Source: a virus
Lineage: Duplodnaviria > Caudoviricetes
DNA length: 60,107 nt
Direction: 5' to 3' (one strand)
Virus record (IMG/VR): IMGVR_UViG_3300005613_000072
Span: 1 to 60,107 of that record
The notes beneath the pieces were generated by a model. That model was not told the DNA's origin. It saw nothing but the letters and a program-made list of their open reading frames with translations, and did not search any database. Within the stretch, counting starts at the first letter, position 1; each line of letters starts with the position of its first letter. Positions 41,020-49,512 of the stretch are shown piece by piece. The position numbers and the translations under genes are program-made.

Positions 41020-41586
41020 ATGGCTGTTGAATTAGTAGCATCTTGGGGCTCTATGGTACAATTAGCAAGCATCGCTAATCTATCGTACGGTGGTACTAAG
41101 AAATACACGCAAAAAACAGCTAAACAACTGGTAGAAAAAATCATCAAACTCGGGCACACTTCTGTGCTTGAGTTTGGTGGTGCTACCTTCTATGTTAAAA
41201 CCCCTATTTTTGTTGCAAGGCAGTGGATGCGGCATAGACACTTTAGCTACTTAGAACGATCTGGAAGATATACTAAGTTTACAGAAGAAAGTATTCCGCA
41301 AGATATTGATCCTACCATGCGGGAAGAATTAAAGAATCAATTAGAAATATACGCACAATTGTTAGAGAACCATAAAAAAGAAGACGCAAGGGCTGTATTA
41401 GGGACGGGATTTTTAACCGAATTTTATGTTAGCGGAAACCTCAGGGCATGGGCAAACTTCTTGAAACTCAGACTAACAGAACACGCACAAAAAGAAATTC
41501 GCGTAGAAGCAGAGGCTATTTTGCACATTCTTAATACGGCCTGGGATGGCTTATTTACAAGGGGTTGGTTATGTGAAACTTGTTGA
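41020..41586 (+). CDS. thyX: FAD-dependent thymidylate synthase
   Basis: GHTSVLE, RQWMRHRHFSYLERSGRY and LR...HAQKEIR motifs. Confidence 0.95.
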   Translation: MAVELVASWGSMVQLASIANLSYGGTKKYTQKTAKQLVEKIIKLGHTSVLEFGGATFYVKTPIFVARQWMRHRHFSYLERSGRYTKFTEESIPQDIDPTMREELKNQLEIYAQLLENHKKEDARAVLGTGFLTEFYVSGNLRAWANFLKLRLTEHAQKEIRVEAEAILHILNTAWDGLFTRGWLCETC

Positions 41587-42490
41587 TACAATTCTTAAAA
41601 CGGAAGATGTTGATATTAATGGTATTCGTTGTGGCAACTTAGTTAATTCTTCTATTCTAAGGGACGGGTACTTTGAAAACGTTACTAAAGTATTTAGCGC
41701 TATGCCGCCGCACTGTTTAACGTTTATTACTAATCCTAAGTTTGCCGATAATTTATATAATGTATCCTGTGTTATTACTACAAAAGAAATTGCGCAGAAA
41801 ATTCCCAAAGAGCTTGGTTTAGTTATATCAGATAATCCAAAACTTCTCTTCTATGCGGTACATGAACTTCTTTTAGAGGAAGAATATCATAGCTATTCTG
41901 CGTCAGTTACACGGACGGTTATTGGCGAACGAAATGTTAGGTATGCTGTTACGGGTGTTGACATAGGCGAAAAATGTATCTTTGAGCCTAATGTAGTTAT
42001 CCAAACAGGTTCTACACTTGGTAATAATGTGTACGTAGGCTCTTTTGTAACTATTGGCGGGGAAGGTTTTGAAGTTATATCAACCACAGCTGGAAACTAT
42101 ATGGTTATGCATCGCGGAAAAGTTTTAATCGGGGACTATGTTAATATACAGAACAACGTGTGTATTGACAAAGGCGTATTTCCAAATAGACCAACAATTT
42201 TAGAAGATTATGTTAGTCTGGATAATTTTGTACATATTGCGCATGGAGTTCAAGTTGGAGCTAACACAAAGATTGCAGCGTCTACCATGATCGCCGGGAA
42301 TACAACCATCGGAAAAAACGTCTATATAGGACCGGGTGTAAGGATTTCTAATGGGATTACAGTTGGGGATAATGCACGTATTAGTATTGGTTCCGTAGTT
42401 ACTAAAGACGTACCCGAAGGTGCTACTGTTACCGGTAACTTTGCAATTCCCCACGAAAAATTTATTGAGAACTTGAGGCGAATACGATGA
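41546..42490 (+). CDS. LpxD-like hexapeptide-repeat (left-handed beta-helix) acyltransferase
   Basis: IGGEGF, IDKG...T, LDNFVHIAHGVQVG and hexapeptide repeats. Alternative GTG start at 41573. Confidence 0.85.
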   Translation: MAYLQGVGYVKLVDTILKTEDVDINGIRCGNLVNSSILRDGYFENVTKVFSAMPPHCLTFITNPKFADNLYNVSCVITTKEIAQKIPKELGLVISDNPKLLFYAVHELLLEEEYHSYSASVTRTVIGERNVRYAVTGVDIGEKCIFEPNVVIQTGSTLGNNVYVGSFVTIGGEGFEVISTTAGNYMVMHRGKVLIGDYVNIQNNVCIDKGVFPNRPTILEDYVSLDNFVHIAHGVQVGANTKIAASTMIAGNTTIGKNVYIGPGVRISNGITVGDNARISIGSVVTKDVPEGATVTGNFAIPHEKFIENLRRIR

Positions 42491-43482
42491 TTACAGTTGG
42501 GATTATAAATTACAATAAAGAAGCTTTTATTGAAGAATGCATCTTTACGGCTATGTACCAAAATTTTCCGCCAAAAGAAATTATTATTGTGGATGATTGT
42601 TCCACAGATAATTCTAAACAAAGAATTGAACACATGATCGCTACAAATAAAACAAATGTCAAAATTAAAGCTATATACTTTGAAAAGAATAGTGGTGATC
42701 CAGCAGAGCCTATTAATACAATTATCGAACTTACAAAAACAGATTACCTATTTTTAACCGCCAGTGATGATTTCTTATACCAAGACGCATTAAAAATGTT
42801 ACATACAGAGATACAAAAAGGCGGATACGACTTTGTTACCAGTGGGCTAATGTTAGTTAACGAAAAAGGAAGTCCACAGGAAGCTTGGATTCAAGAAAAT
42901 ATACCCCCGCACACGATGGTTGCCGAAATTTGGAAAACTGGTGGATCGGGGAAAATGACCACCGTAGGTTTATATAGGACTTCTTTCTTAAAAGACGTTG
43001 GTTATATTAAATATCATGATATTGAATCTGATGTAATAAATACGCTCAACTACATTAAAAATAAGTGCCGATATAAAATTATGCAGGAGCCCCTTATAGC
43101 CTATAGACAGCACGCTGGAAATAATTCAAAGAACCTAAAAAAACGAGTTAATAGGATAGGGGCAATTATGGACTTTATAGTTAAAAATTTTCCACCACGT
43201 ATTTTTTTAGCCGGCATACCTATACCAAATGTAGGAAGGGATCAGTTCGTAAATGTCATAATCGCTAAGTTTTACTTAGGGGTGAGTAAGCTTTATATTG
43301 AAAATAAACTGCCCGCCTATCTAAACGTATCTGCTACAGACGAAGAGCTAAAACAGCTTGCACAACCACTTCTATTAGAGGCCAGGAAATATCTAAGCGA
43401 AGCGGAAAAACATGGCGAGTACTACTGGAAAGAAATTATAGACACCTATGAAGAGATAGATTCGTTACTGATCACTTCATAA
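42487..43482 (+). CDS. GT2-family glycosyltransferase
   Basis: YNKEAFI, IIVDDCSTDNS, ASDD and YRQH motifs. Confidence 0.9.
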   Translation: MITVGIINYNKEAFIEECIFTAMYQNFPPKEIIIVDDCSTDNSKQRIEHMIATNKTNVKIKAIYFEKNSGDPAEPINTIIELTKTDYLFLTASDDFLYQDALKMLHTEIQKGGYDFVTSGLMLVNEKGSPQEAWIQENIPPHTMVAEIWKTGGSGKMTTVGLYRTSFLKDVGYIKYHDIESDVINTLNYIKNKCRYKIMQEPLIAYRQHAGNNSKNLKKRVNRIGAIMDFIVKNFPPRIFLAGIPIPNVGRDQFVNVIIAKFYLGVSKLYIENKLPAYLNVSATDEELKQLAQPLLLEARKYLSEAEKHGEYYWKEIIDTYEEIDSLLITS

Positions 43483-43502
43483 GAAATTTACACGCTGGGG
43501 TA

Positions 43503-43531
43503 TTGATTTGTAATGAATCTTTTGGTATAAT
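43503..43531 (+). promoter_or_regulatory. Sigma70-type promoter
   Basis: TTGATT-N17-TATAAT with TG extension. Confidence 0.8.
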
Positions 43532-43555
43532 TAGCTTGTAAACATGAGGTGATTC

Positions 43556-43789
43556 ATGAAAGTCTGTCCAAAATGCGGAAGCAGAAATGTGCGAATCATC
43601 GACATGGAAGAAAGTTTTATAGTAATATGCGATGATTGTGGATTTACGCCTAATCACGGCGGGTTAACTGTAGCAGATGCTATTGAAATCTGGAATAATA
43701 CTATATGCGAAGACAGAATTATAAATGCCAAAAATAAAATTTCAGCCGGAAAACTGGCAAATAAAAGGAGGAAATTAGATGGAAATTGA
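43556..43789 (+). CDS. Lar-like (restriction alleviation) zinc-ribbon protein
   Basis: CPKCG...CDDCG...AIEIWN pattern. Confidence 0.7.
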   Translation: MKVCPKCGSRNVRIIDMEESFIVICDDCGFTPNHGGLTVADAIEIWNNTICEDRIINAKNKISAGKLANKRRKLDGN

Positions 43790-44342
43790 ACGAAAATTTA
43801 TAGTACCCGGGGATGAAGCAGCAGAATTTTCTAAAGAAGGTAACCCGAACATTATTATCCAGTACTATACCGAACTATCACCGAACAGCGAAAAACGTAG
43901 ACGGATGATTATTACACAAGAATCTATTAACTGTTATGAAACAGTTAAGACAGGAACAGGGTTAGTACGCCAAGAAGAAGAGTACCCCATTACCACAGAA
44001 GAATTTAATAGCCTATTATTACACGGAAGTACTCAACCACAAAAAAAGAAAAACGGCAAACGTATTGGCAGTGTTATTAAAAAATTTCGTACTAAAATTG
44101 AAAAAGACGGATACATTTTTGAGCTTGATTTTTATGGGAATCCTACTATATTCTATCCGGATGGTAGACTTGCATCCGTTGTAGAAATTGAATTTGAATC
44201 TGAAGAATCCGCAAAAAATTTTGATATGTCTAAGTACTTTAGAGAATTTATCGATGTAACAGAAGACCCAACTTACAAGAATAAGAACTTAGCGACGGAA
44301 GCTTTTAGCATTAGACCGAGAAAAATTAAAAAGCAACTATAA
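43779..44342 (+). CDS. CYTH (triphosphate tunnel metalloenzyme) domain protein
   Basis: MEIERKF, R.EEE, ELDFY, VEIEF and DVTEDPTYKNKNLA motifs. Confidence 0.88.
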   Translation: MEIERKFIVPGDEAAEFSKEGNPNIIIQYYTELSPNSEKRRRMIITQESINCYETVKTGTGLVRQEEEYPITTEEFNSLLLHGSTQPQKKKNGKRIGSVIKKFRTKIEKDGYIFELDFYGNPTIFYPDGRLASVVEIEFESEESAKNFDMSKYFREFIDVTEDPTYKNKNLATEAFSIRPRKIKKQL

Positions 44343-44348
44343 AGGGAG

Positions 44349-44696
44349 ATGAATGGTATGAATACGCACGAATCTATGGCACAGGTAGTTATTAACGAAC
44401 AGCACAAGTTGGTTAAAAATCAGGAAGATTTGCTCAACGAAAAATTTGGTTCTAACTGGAAACTATTTCATATTCCCATGAGTGGCTGGGACTTTGAACA
44501 ACTACAAGGCGTACTAAAGCTTCTTACTGGAGACGTTGTTGTATTTGCAAGCCCCGTACCTTATCTATTAAAAGAACTGTCCGCAATTCAACCAGACGAT
44601 ACTTTTATCTTCTATAACGACAGCAGAAACCAGAAAAACATCGCTAACGGCAAAACGGTGTATTCCGTAGCTAAGTCTGGCTGGATGATTGTTTAA
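44349..44696 (+). CDS. Hypothetical small alpha/beta protein
   Basis: VVINEQHKL..NQ, P.SGW, VVFASPVP. Family not confirmed. Confidence 0.7.
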   Translation: MNGMNTHESMAQVVINEQHKLVKNQEDLLNEKFGSNWKLFHIPMSGWDFEQLQGVLKLLTGDVVVFASPVPYLLKELSAIQPDDTFIFYNDSRNQKNIANGKTVYSVAKSGWMIV

Positions 44697-44744
44697 TCCA
44701 CATAAGGATGAAAAGGCTATTTTAACCTAAAAAGGGGTGATTTT

Positions 44745-44990
44745 ATGCAGATTTCAAAAGTAACGGATATTTACACACAAGTATTAAATACTAACGAGGA
44801 ACAGTTTTACAAGCATTTTAGTGCGTCATTACACGATTATTTTTCACGGAATTTAGGTTTTAGAAAAAAGAAATTCTGTAAACACGTACTTAGAGTAGAT
44901 TATAAAACGGAAGAACAAATGTTAAATGATACGGCACTACTTTATGGAAAAATTTCCGCGGATTTAATTAGATATTTACTGTATGTTTAA
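44745..44990 (+). CDS. Hypothetical protein
   Basis: ORF with GGGGTGA RBS. Confidence 0.6.
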   Translation: MQISKVTDIYTQVLNTNEEQFYKHFSASLHDYFSRNLGFRKKKFCKHVLRVDYKTEEQMLNDTALLYGKISADLIRYLLYV

Positions 44991-44999
44991 CTATGGCAC

Positions 45000-45028
45000 T
45001 TGACAAACGAGTATTTTTGTGGTATAAT
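45000..45028 (+). promoter_or_regulatory. Consensus sigma70-type promoter
   Basis: TTGACA-N17-TATAAT with TGTGG before the -10. Confidence 0.88.
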
Positions 45029-45058
45029 TGGGTACAAACTAAGAAAGGAGAGATACTT

Positions 45059-45427
45059 ATGACTTCTAAACGAATGATGGAATTTGCAAAATTACTGGAA
45101 GAAAAGACACTACTGGAGGAAAAACTGCGGGAATTAAAAACAAGGATTGATCTTGAATCATTAGGAATTGCCGAATACTTCAACGAAGAAGGCATCAACG
45201 AAATTACCGGTACTTTTGGAACATTAACCCGCAAAAATGTTCGATCTGTTCACCGTAAAAAAGATAGTAATGCCGTAGAATACGTAGAACAGCATTTCCC
45301 GGAATTAGTACGCAAAGACTTCAATACCCGAGCACTCACAGCAAGGCTCGCTGATGGCGTACCTAACCCGGAAGAGTTTAACCAGTACTTTATTGTCGAA
45401 GAAAAAGAAACTATTATTCTTAAATAA
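45059..45427 (+). CDS. Hypothetical phage protein
   Basis: Start reassigned to ATG 45059 (AAGGAG RBS). Coiled-coil N-terminus. Confidence 0.7.
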   Translation: MTSKRMMEFAKLLEEKTLLEEKLRELKTRIDLESLGIAEYFNEEGINEITGTFGTLTRKNVRSVHRKKDSNAVEYVEQHFPELVRKDFNTRALTARLADGVPNPEEFNQYFIVEEKETIILK

Positions 45428-45443
45428 AAAGGAGTGTGCTACT

Positions 45444-46571
45444 ATGGTAATTGATGGTGCAATGTTAAAGTATATTTGGAAAATGGCAAAATTAATTATT
45501 CCAAAGAAAGTTAGCTACCCGTTTATCCCGGCTGTTGCCGGGGTATATATTCACGAAGTACCTACGGATACGGGTTCTGAGCTTATAGCAGAAACTACTA
45601 ATGGGATTGAGTCAGTCTATGTTAAAGTAAAAGATTTCTCCGAATCTACAGAAGTAAAAGAACTTTTTAAGGCACTAATTCCATTAGATAATCTAAAATA
45701 TCTGGCAGATATTGGGCAGACAATAGCGTTGTACAGAGAAAATGGTATGGTGTATGCAAAAACCAATAGCAAAGTTTTTTCCGTGTATTCAGCGGATTAT
45801 GAAGAACTATTGGATGCTCATCCTTGGTTAGAAGCTAAAGATATACCAGAAAATGCTTTACCGGTAGATAAAACAAAACTACAAGAAACTTTGAAGACCC
45901 TTCGATTTTCTATGGGCACTGATTCCTTTTTGCAGAACTTGTACGGTGTTTACATGGAACCAGTAGATGATAAATTACGGTTTGTTAGTTCAGACGGATA
46001 CAGGTTAACCATGTGTGATTTAAGTACCACTAATGGAATTGAACATCCCGCGGTACTTATTAGAAATCCTTTTATTGAAATTCTTACGGCACTTAAGAAA
46101 TTTACATTGTATATTGATAAAAATACTTTATTTGCGACAACCACAGCCTATGTTGGGGATAAAACATACTTTGACGTAGAAACAACCTTTTTATCTAAAG
46201 CGGCTGATTATCAGTATCCAGATTACCGTAAAGTTTTGCCGGAATCACGAAAACACATTATGGTATTTGATACTTTGGATATCACCAAAGCAGTAGAAAA
46301 AGCCGTGAAATCTAAGGTTGATAGGGTTGAGTTAGTAACTTATGAAGATCAATTAGGGGTATGCTATAAAACTGGTGAGTCTTATGTGCCTATTTTGGAA
46401 CGTCTATCTACTAACTTACAGTTTTCTGTGTGGGTAAACCCAGAATTTTTACTGGAAACCCTGAGAGCTTGTGATACTAATGAAATTAATGCTGTATTCA
46501 ACGATAGAAACGAACCAATCGAGCTGTATTGGGAAGACAAACGGCATATTCTAATGCCTATCCGTAGTTAA
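45444..46571 (+). CDS. dnaN: DNA polymerase III beta sliding clamp homologue
   Basis: LRFVSSDGYRL, YPDYRKVLP, NPEFLLE and HILMPIR motifs. Confidence 0.85.
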   Translation: MVIDGAMLKYIWKMAKLIIPKKVSYPFIPAVAGVYIHEVPTDTGSELIAETTNGIESVYVKVKDFSESTEVKELFKALIPLDNLKYLADIGQTIALYRENGMVYAKTNSKVFSVYSADYEELLDAHPWLEAKDIPENALPVDKTKLQETLKTLRFSMGTDSFLQNLYGVYMEPVDDKLRFVSSDGYRLTMCDLSTTNGIEHPAVLIRNPFIEILTALKKFTLYIDKNTLFATTTAYVGDKTYFDVETTFLSKAADYQYPDYRKVLPESRKHIMVFDTLDITKAVEKAVKSKVDRVELVTYEDQLGVCYKTGESYVPILERLSTNLQFSVWVNPEFLLETLRACDTNEINAVFNDRNEPIELYWEDKRHILMPIRS

Positions 46572-46594
46572 GTATTTAACTAAAGAAGTTAAAT

Positions 46595-46666
46595 GGGCGC
46601 GTAGCTCAATGGAAGAGCGTCTGACTCATAATCAGTTGGTTGTTGGTTCAATTCCAACCGCGCCCA
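46595..46666 (+). tRNA. tRNA with CAT anticodon (Ile2/lysidine or elongator Met); CCA not encoded
   Basis: Acceptor GGGCGCG/CGCGCCC, D arm GCTC/GAGC, anticodon CTGA-CTCATAA-TCAG, T arm GTTGG-TTCAATT-CCAAC. Confidence 0.92.
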
Positions 46667-46711
46667 TTACTTTTGACAATTGAATAATCCTGCATAAGAG
46701 AGGCGATTTTT

Positions 46712-47551
46712 TTGCTAACCACTTGGTACACTTCGTTAGTTGACGGCGCAGTTAGGCGATATGGGGACTTACCACAGCCGAATAATAAGATTGCAGGAGT
46801 TTCTTCTATAACCGAGTTTGTTAAAGTACGTGGCGGAGAATTTAGACTTGGGAAACCGGATAAAATCCGCGGATTAAAAGACTTACCAAGGCACACAGCA
46901 ATACTAAACTATAACTACTTTATTGGTAAATACACTATAACGGAAAAAACTTTTTCCAGATTTAACGGGGATTACGATATATCGGAACCAAGTATTCCGG
47001 CTACGTCTATAAGTTGGTTTGATGCCTTAGATTTTTGTAACGATGTAAGTAGACTAAACAACTTGCCAGTAGCTTATAATAAGCATGGGGAACTTTTAGA
47101 TCAGTATGGCAATACTACCGTTGATATAACAAAAGTTGTGGGGTACAGGCTACCTACGGAAACAGAATGGGAGTATGCTGCTATAGGCGGTATATCAGAA
47201 CTAAATTTTCAATTTTCTGGAAGTAACATTATTGATTATGTAGGTTGGCATAAAGATAATTCTGGTAATCATTTACATGAGGTAGGTGAATTACAATCTA
47301 ATACCTTGGGAATTTTTGATATGACTGGAAACGTAAATGAGTGGTGTTATGATTCCTTTGATTATGGAAACCCGGAATTTTTTAAGGAGACTATAAATAA
47401 CATAGGCGGTTATACGGGAGCTTACAAAATTGTGCGCGGAGGAAGTTGGGCAGACCCAGTTGGGCACTGTGCTATTACATACAGGGATTACTGCGCACCA
47501 CACCAGAAATACCCCGTTATAGGCTTTAGACTTACAAGAACTGAAGTATAA
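46712..47551 (+). CDS. Formylglycine-generating enzyme (FGE-sulfatase / C-lectin fold) domain protein
   Basis: YRLPTETEWEYAA, NTLGIFDMTGNVNEWC and RGGSW...GFRL motifs. Confidence 0.9.
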   Translation: MLTTWYTSLVDGAVRRYGDLPQPNNKIAGVSSITEFVKVRGGEFRLGKPDKIRGLKDLPRHTAILNYNYFIGKYTITEKTFSRFNGDYDISEPSIPATSISWFDALDFCNDVSRLNNLPVAYNKHGELLDQYGNTTVDITKVVGYRLPTETEWEYAAIGGISELNFQFSGSNIIDYVGWHKDNSGNHLHEVGELQSNTLGIFDMTGNVNEWCYDSFDYGNPEFFKETINNIGGYTGAYKIVRGGSWADPVGHCAITYRDYCAPHQKYPVIGFRLTRTEV

Positions 47552-47576
47552 ACCCACACAAAATCGGAGGAAAAAA

Positions 47577-48767
47577 ATGTTATCTAAACCCAAACTTTTT
47601 GTAATGTCGTTGCAACATTTGTTAGCAATGTTTGGCGCAACTGTGCTTGTACCGGTACTGGTAGGGATTCCGCCTTCCGTGGCGTTGTTTACGTCCGGTG
47701 TAGGAACCTTAATTTTCCATTGGTGTACAAAATTCAAGGTACCGGCTTACCTTGGTAGCTCTTTTGCGTATATTGCACCAATTATTACAGTAACATCTTA
47801 CTACGCGGCTAACGGAAATAACGTTGATGCTATTGCGTATGCAACCGGTGGTATTCTTTTAGCGGGTTTTGTAAAAATGCTCTTTGCCTACTTGATGTAT
47901 AAAATTGGCATCGAAAAAATTACAAAAGTTTTTACGCCGGTTATTACGGGAACCATGATTGTACTAATAGGGTTGATCTTAGCTCCTGTGGCGGTAGATA
48001 TGGCAGCCACGAACTGGCTACTGGCTGCAGCCACAATCTTAATGGTTATTGTCACTAAAAGCTTTGGTAAAGGTTTTATTAAGCTACTTCCAATTATTGT
48101 TGGAGCTCTTTCTGGATATTTGTTAGCTTTGGCTATTGGTGAAGTTAGTTTTGAATTTACAAGTTTTATTAGCATTCCTAAGTTTGTTTTGCCGAAATTT
48201 TCTTGGTTTGCTATTAGCGTAGTAGTGCCAGCAGCTATTGCACCGGCAATTGAACATATTGGTGATATTTTTGTTATATCGGAAACAGCAGAAAAACCTT
48301 TCTATAAAGACCCGGGTATGCACAGAACGCTTCTTGGGGATGGATTAGCCACTTCTTTTGCCGGATTACTTGGCGGCCCCGCTAATACAACCTACTCGGA
48401 GAATACTGGGGTAATGGCTCTAACTAAAGTTTATGATCCAGTCATTATGCGAGTTGCCGCGATTTTTGCTATTATCTTATCTTTTTTCCCGCCCGTAGAA
48501 GCGCTTATCATGAGTATTCCACAGTCTGTAATGGGCGGTATTAGTATCTTTTTGTTTGGTATGATTGCTTCTATTGGTATGAAAGTACTGGTCCATAATA
48601 AGGTTAAATTCACAGACAAAAACTTGATTATCATGTCTTTAATGTTGATTTCTGGACTTGGTGGAGCCGCTTTTTCTTACGGAGAATTTATCTTGCAAGG
48701 ATTGGGGTTAGCTGCTGTTATAGGGGTACTTCTACAGTTAGTCTTGCCTAACAACAAGGAAGTATAA
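47577..48767 (+). CDS. uraA: Uracil/xanthine permease (NCS2 family)
   Basis: QHLLAMFGATVLVP, YLGSSFAY, EHIGD and PANTTYSEN.GV motifs; multiple transmembrane segments. Confidence 0.92.
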   Translation: MLSKPKLFVMSLQHLLAMFGATVLVPVLVGIPPSVALFTSGVGTLIFHWCTKFKVPAYLGSSFAYIAPIITVTSYYAANGNNVDAIAYATGGILLAGFVKMLFAYLMYKIGIEKITKVFTPVITGTMIVLIGLILAPVAVDMAATNWLLAAATILMVIVTKSFGKGFIKLLPIIVGALSGYLLALAIGEVSFEFTSFISIPKFVLPKFSWFAISVVVPAAIAPAIEHIGDIFVISETAEKPFYKDPGMHRTLLGDGLATSFAGLLGGPANTTYSENTGVMALTKVYDPVIMRVAAIFAIILSFFPPVEALIMSIPQSVMGGISIFLFGMIASIGMKVLVHNKVKFTDKNLIIMSLMLISGLGGAAFSYGEFILQGLGLAAVIGVLLQLVLPNNKEV

Positions 48768-48792
48768 CCCTACTTGAGGGGGAAAATTATAG

Positions 48793-49512
48793 ATGTTTAG
48801 TCAGATAGTTTCTTTTAGTGGCGGTAAAGATAGTACCGCCATGCTTCTTATGATGCTGGAAAAAGGGATGCAGGTAGACGAAATAATTTTCGTTGATACA
48901 ACAAAAGAATTTCCGGAAATTTATAGGAATATCACTAAAGTAGAAGCCTACATTGGTAGAAAAGTCACTAAAGTAGCTATTGATTTTGATTACTGGTTTA
49001 AGGATATTGATCATAAATCTAAAGATCGCAACGGATATGGCTGGCCAACACCAAAAAATAGATGGTGTACAGGACGTAAACGAGGTGCTTTTAATCAAGC
49101 TGCTAAGGGACGAAAGTATGATTCACATACTCAAAATCGTACTACACCACCACGAAGAGCCGATATCTACTTGGGAATTGCTGCAGATGAACCACGTAGA
49201 ATAAGAGACATTAAAAATACCCACTACCCATTAGCGGAATGGGGAATTACTGAAGCACAAGCACTACAGTACTGCTATGACCATGGATTTGACTTTGAAG
49301 GTGCTTACGAACACTTTCGTTCATTATCTTGCTATTTATGCCCTTTTCACACATTAGACCAAACAGAAGCGGTTTATAATTACTACCCTGAACAATGGAA
49401 AGATATGCTTCGTTTAGACGATTACGCACACAACCTATACAAAAATAAGTATCGCATCGCAGACTTGCCGGCTATATTTGAACAACGCAGGCTAAAAAAG
49501 AAGGTGGAATAA
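48793..49512 (+). CDS. PAPS reductase-family (PP-loop) protein
   Basis: SFSGGKDS, RWCT, GIAADE and SCYLCPF motifs. Confidence 0.85.
   Translation: MFSQIVSFSGGKDSTAMLLMMLEKGMQVDEIIFVDTTKEFPEIYRNITKVEAYIGRKVTKVAIDFDYWFKDIDHKSKDRNGYGWPTPKNRWCTGRKRGAFNQAAKGRKYDSHTQNRTTPPRRADIYLGIAADEPRRIRDIKNTHYPLAEWGITEAQALQYCYDHGFDFEGAYEHFRSLSCYLCPFHTLDQTEAVYNYYPEQWKDMLRLDDYAHNLYKNKYRIADLPAIFEQRRLKKKVE

Noticed and set aside
41546-42490. True lpxD / lipid A biosynthesis
   Set aside because: Only the fold family is supported; no other lpx genes are present, so no gene symbol was assigned.
46712-47551. Diversity-generating retroelement targeting the FGE-domain gene
   Set aside because: No reverse transcriptase, no Avd-like gene and no second copy of the 3' variable region differing at adenines were seen in the window.
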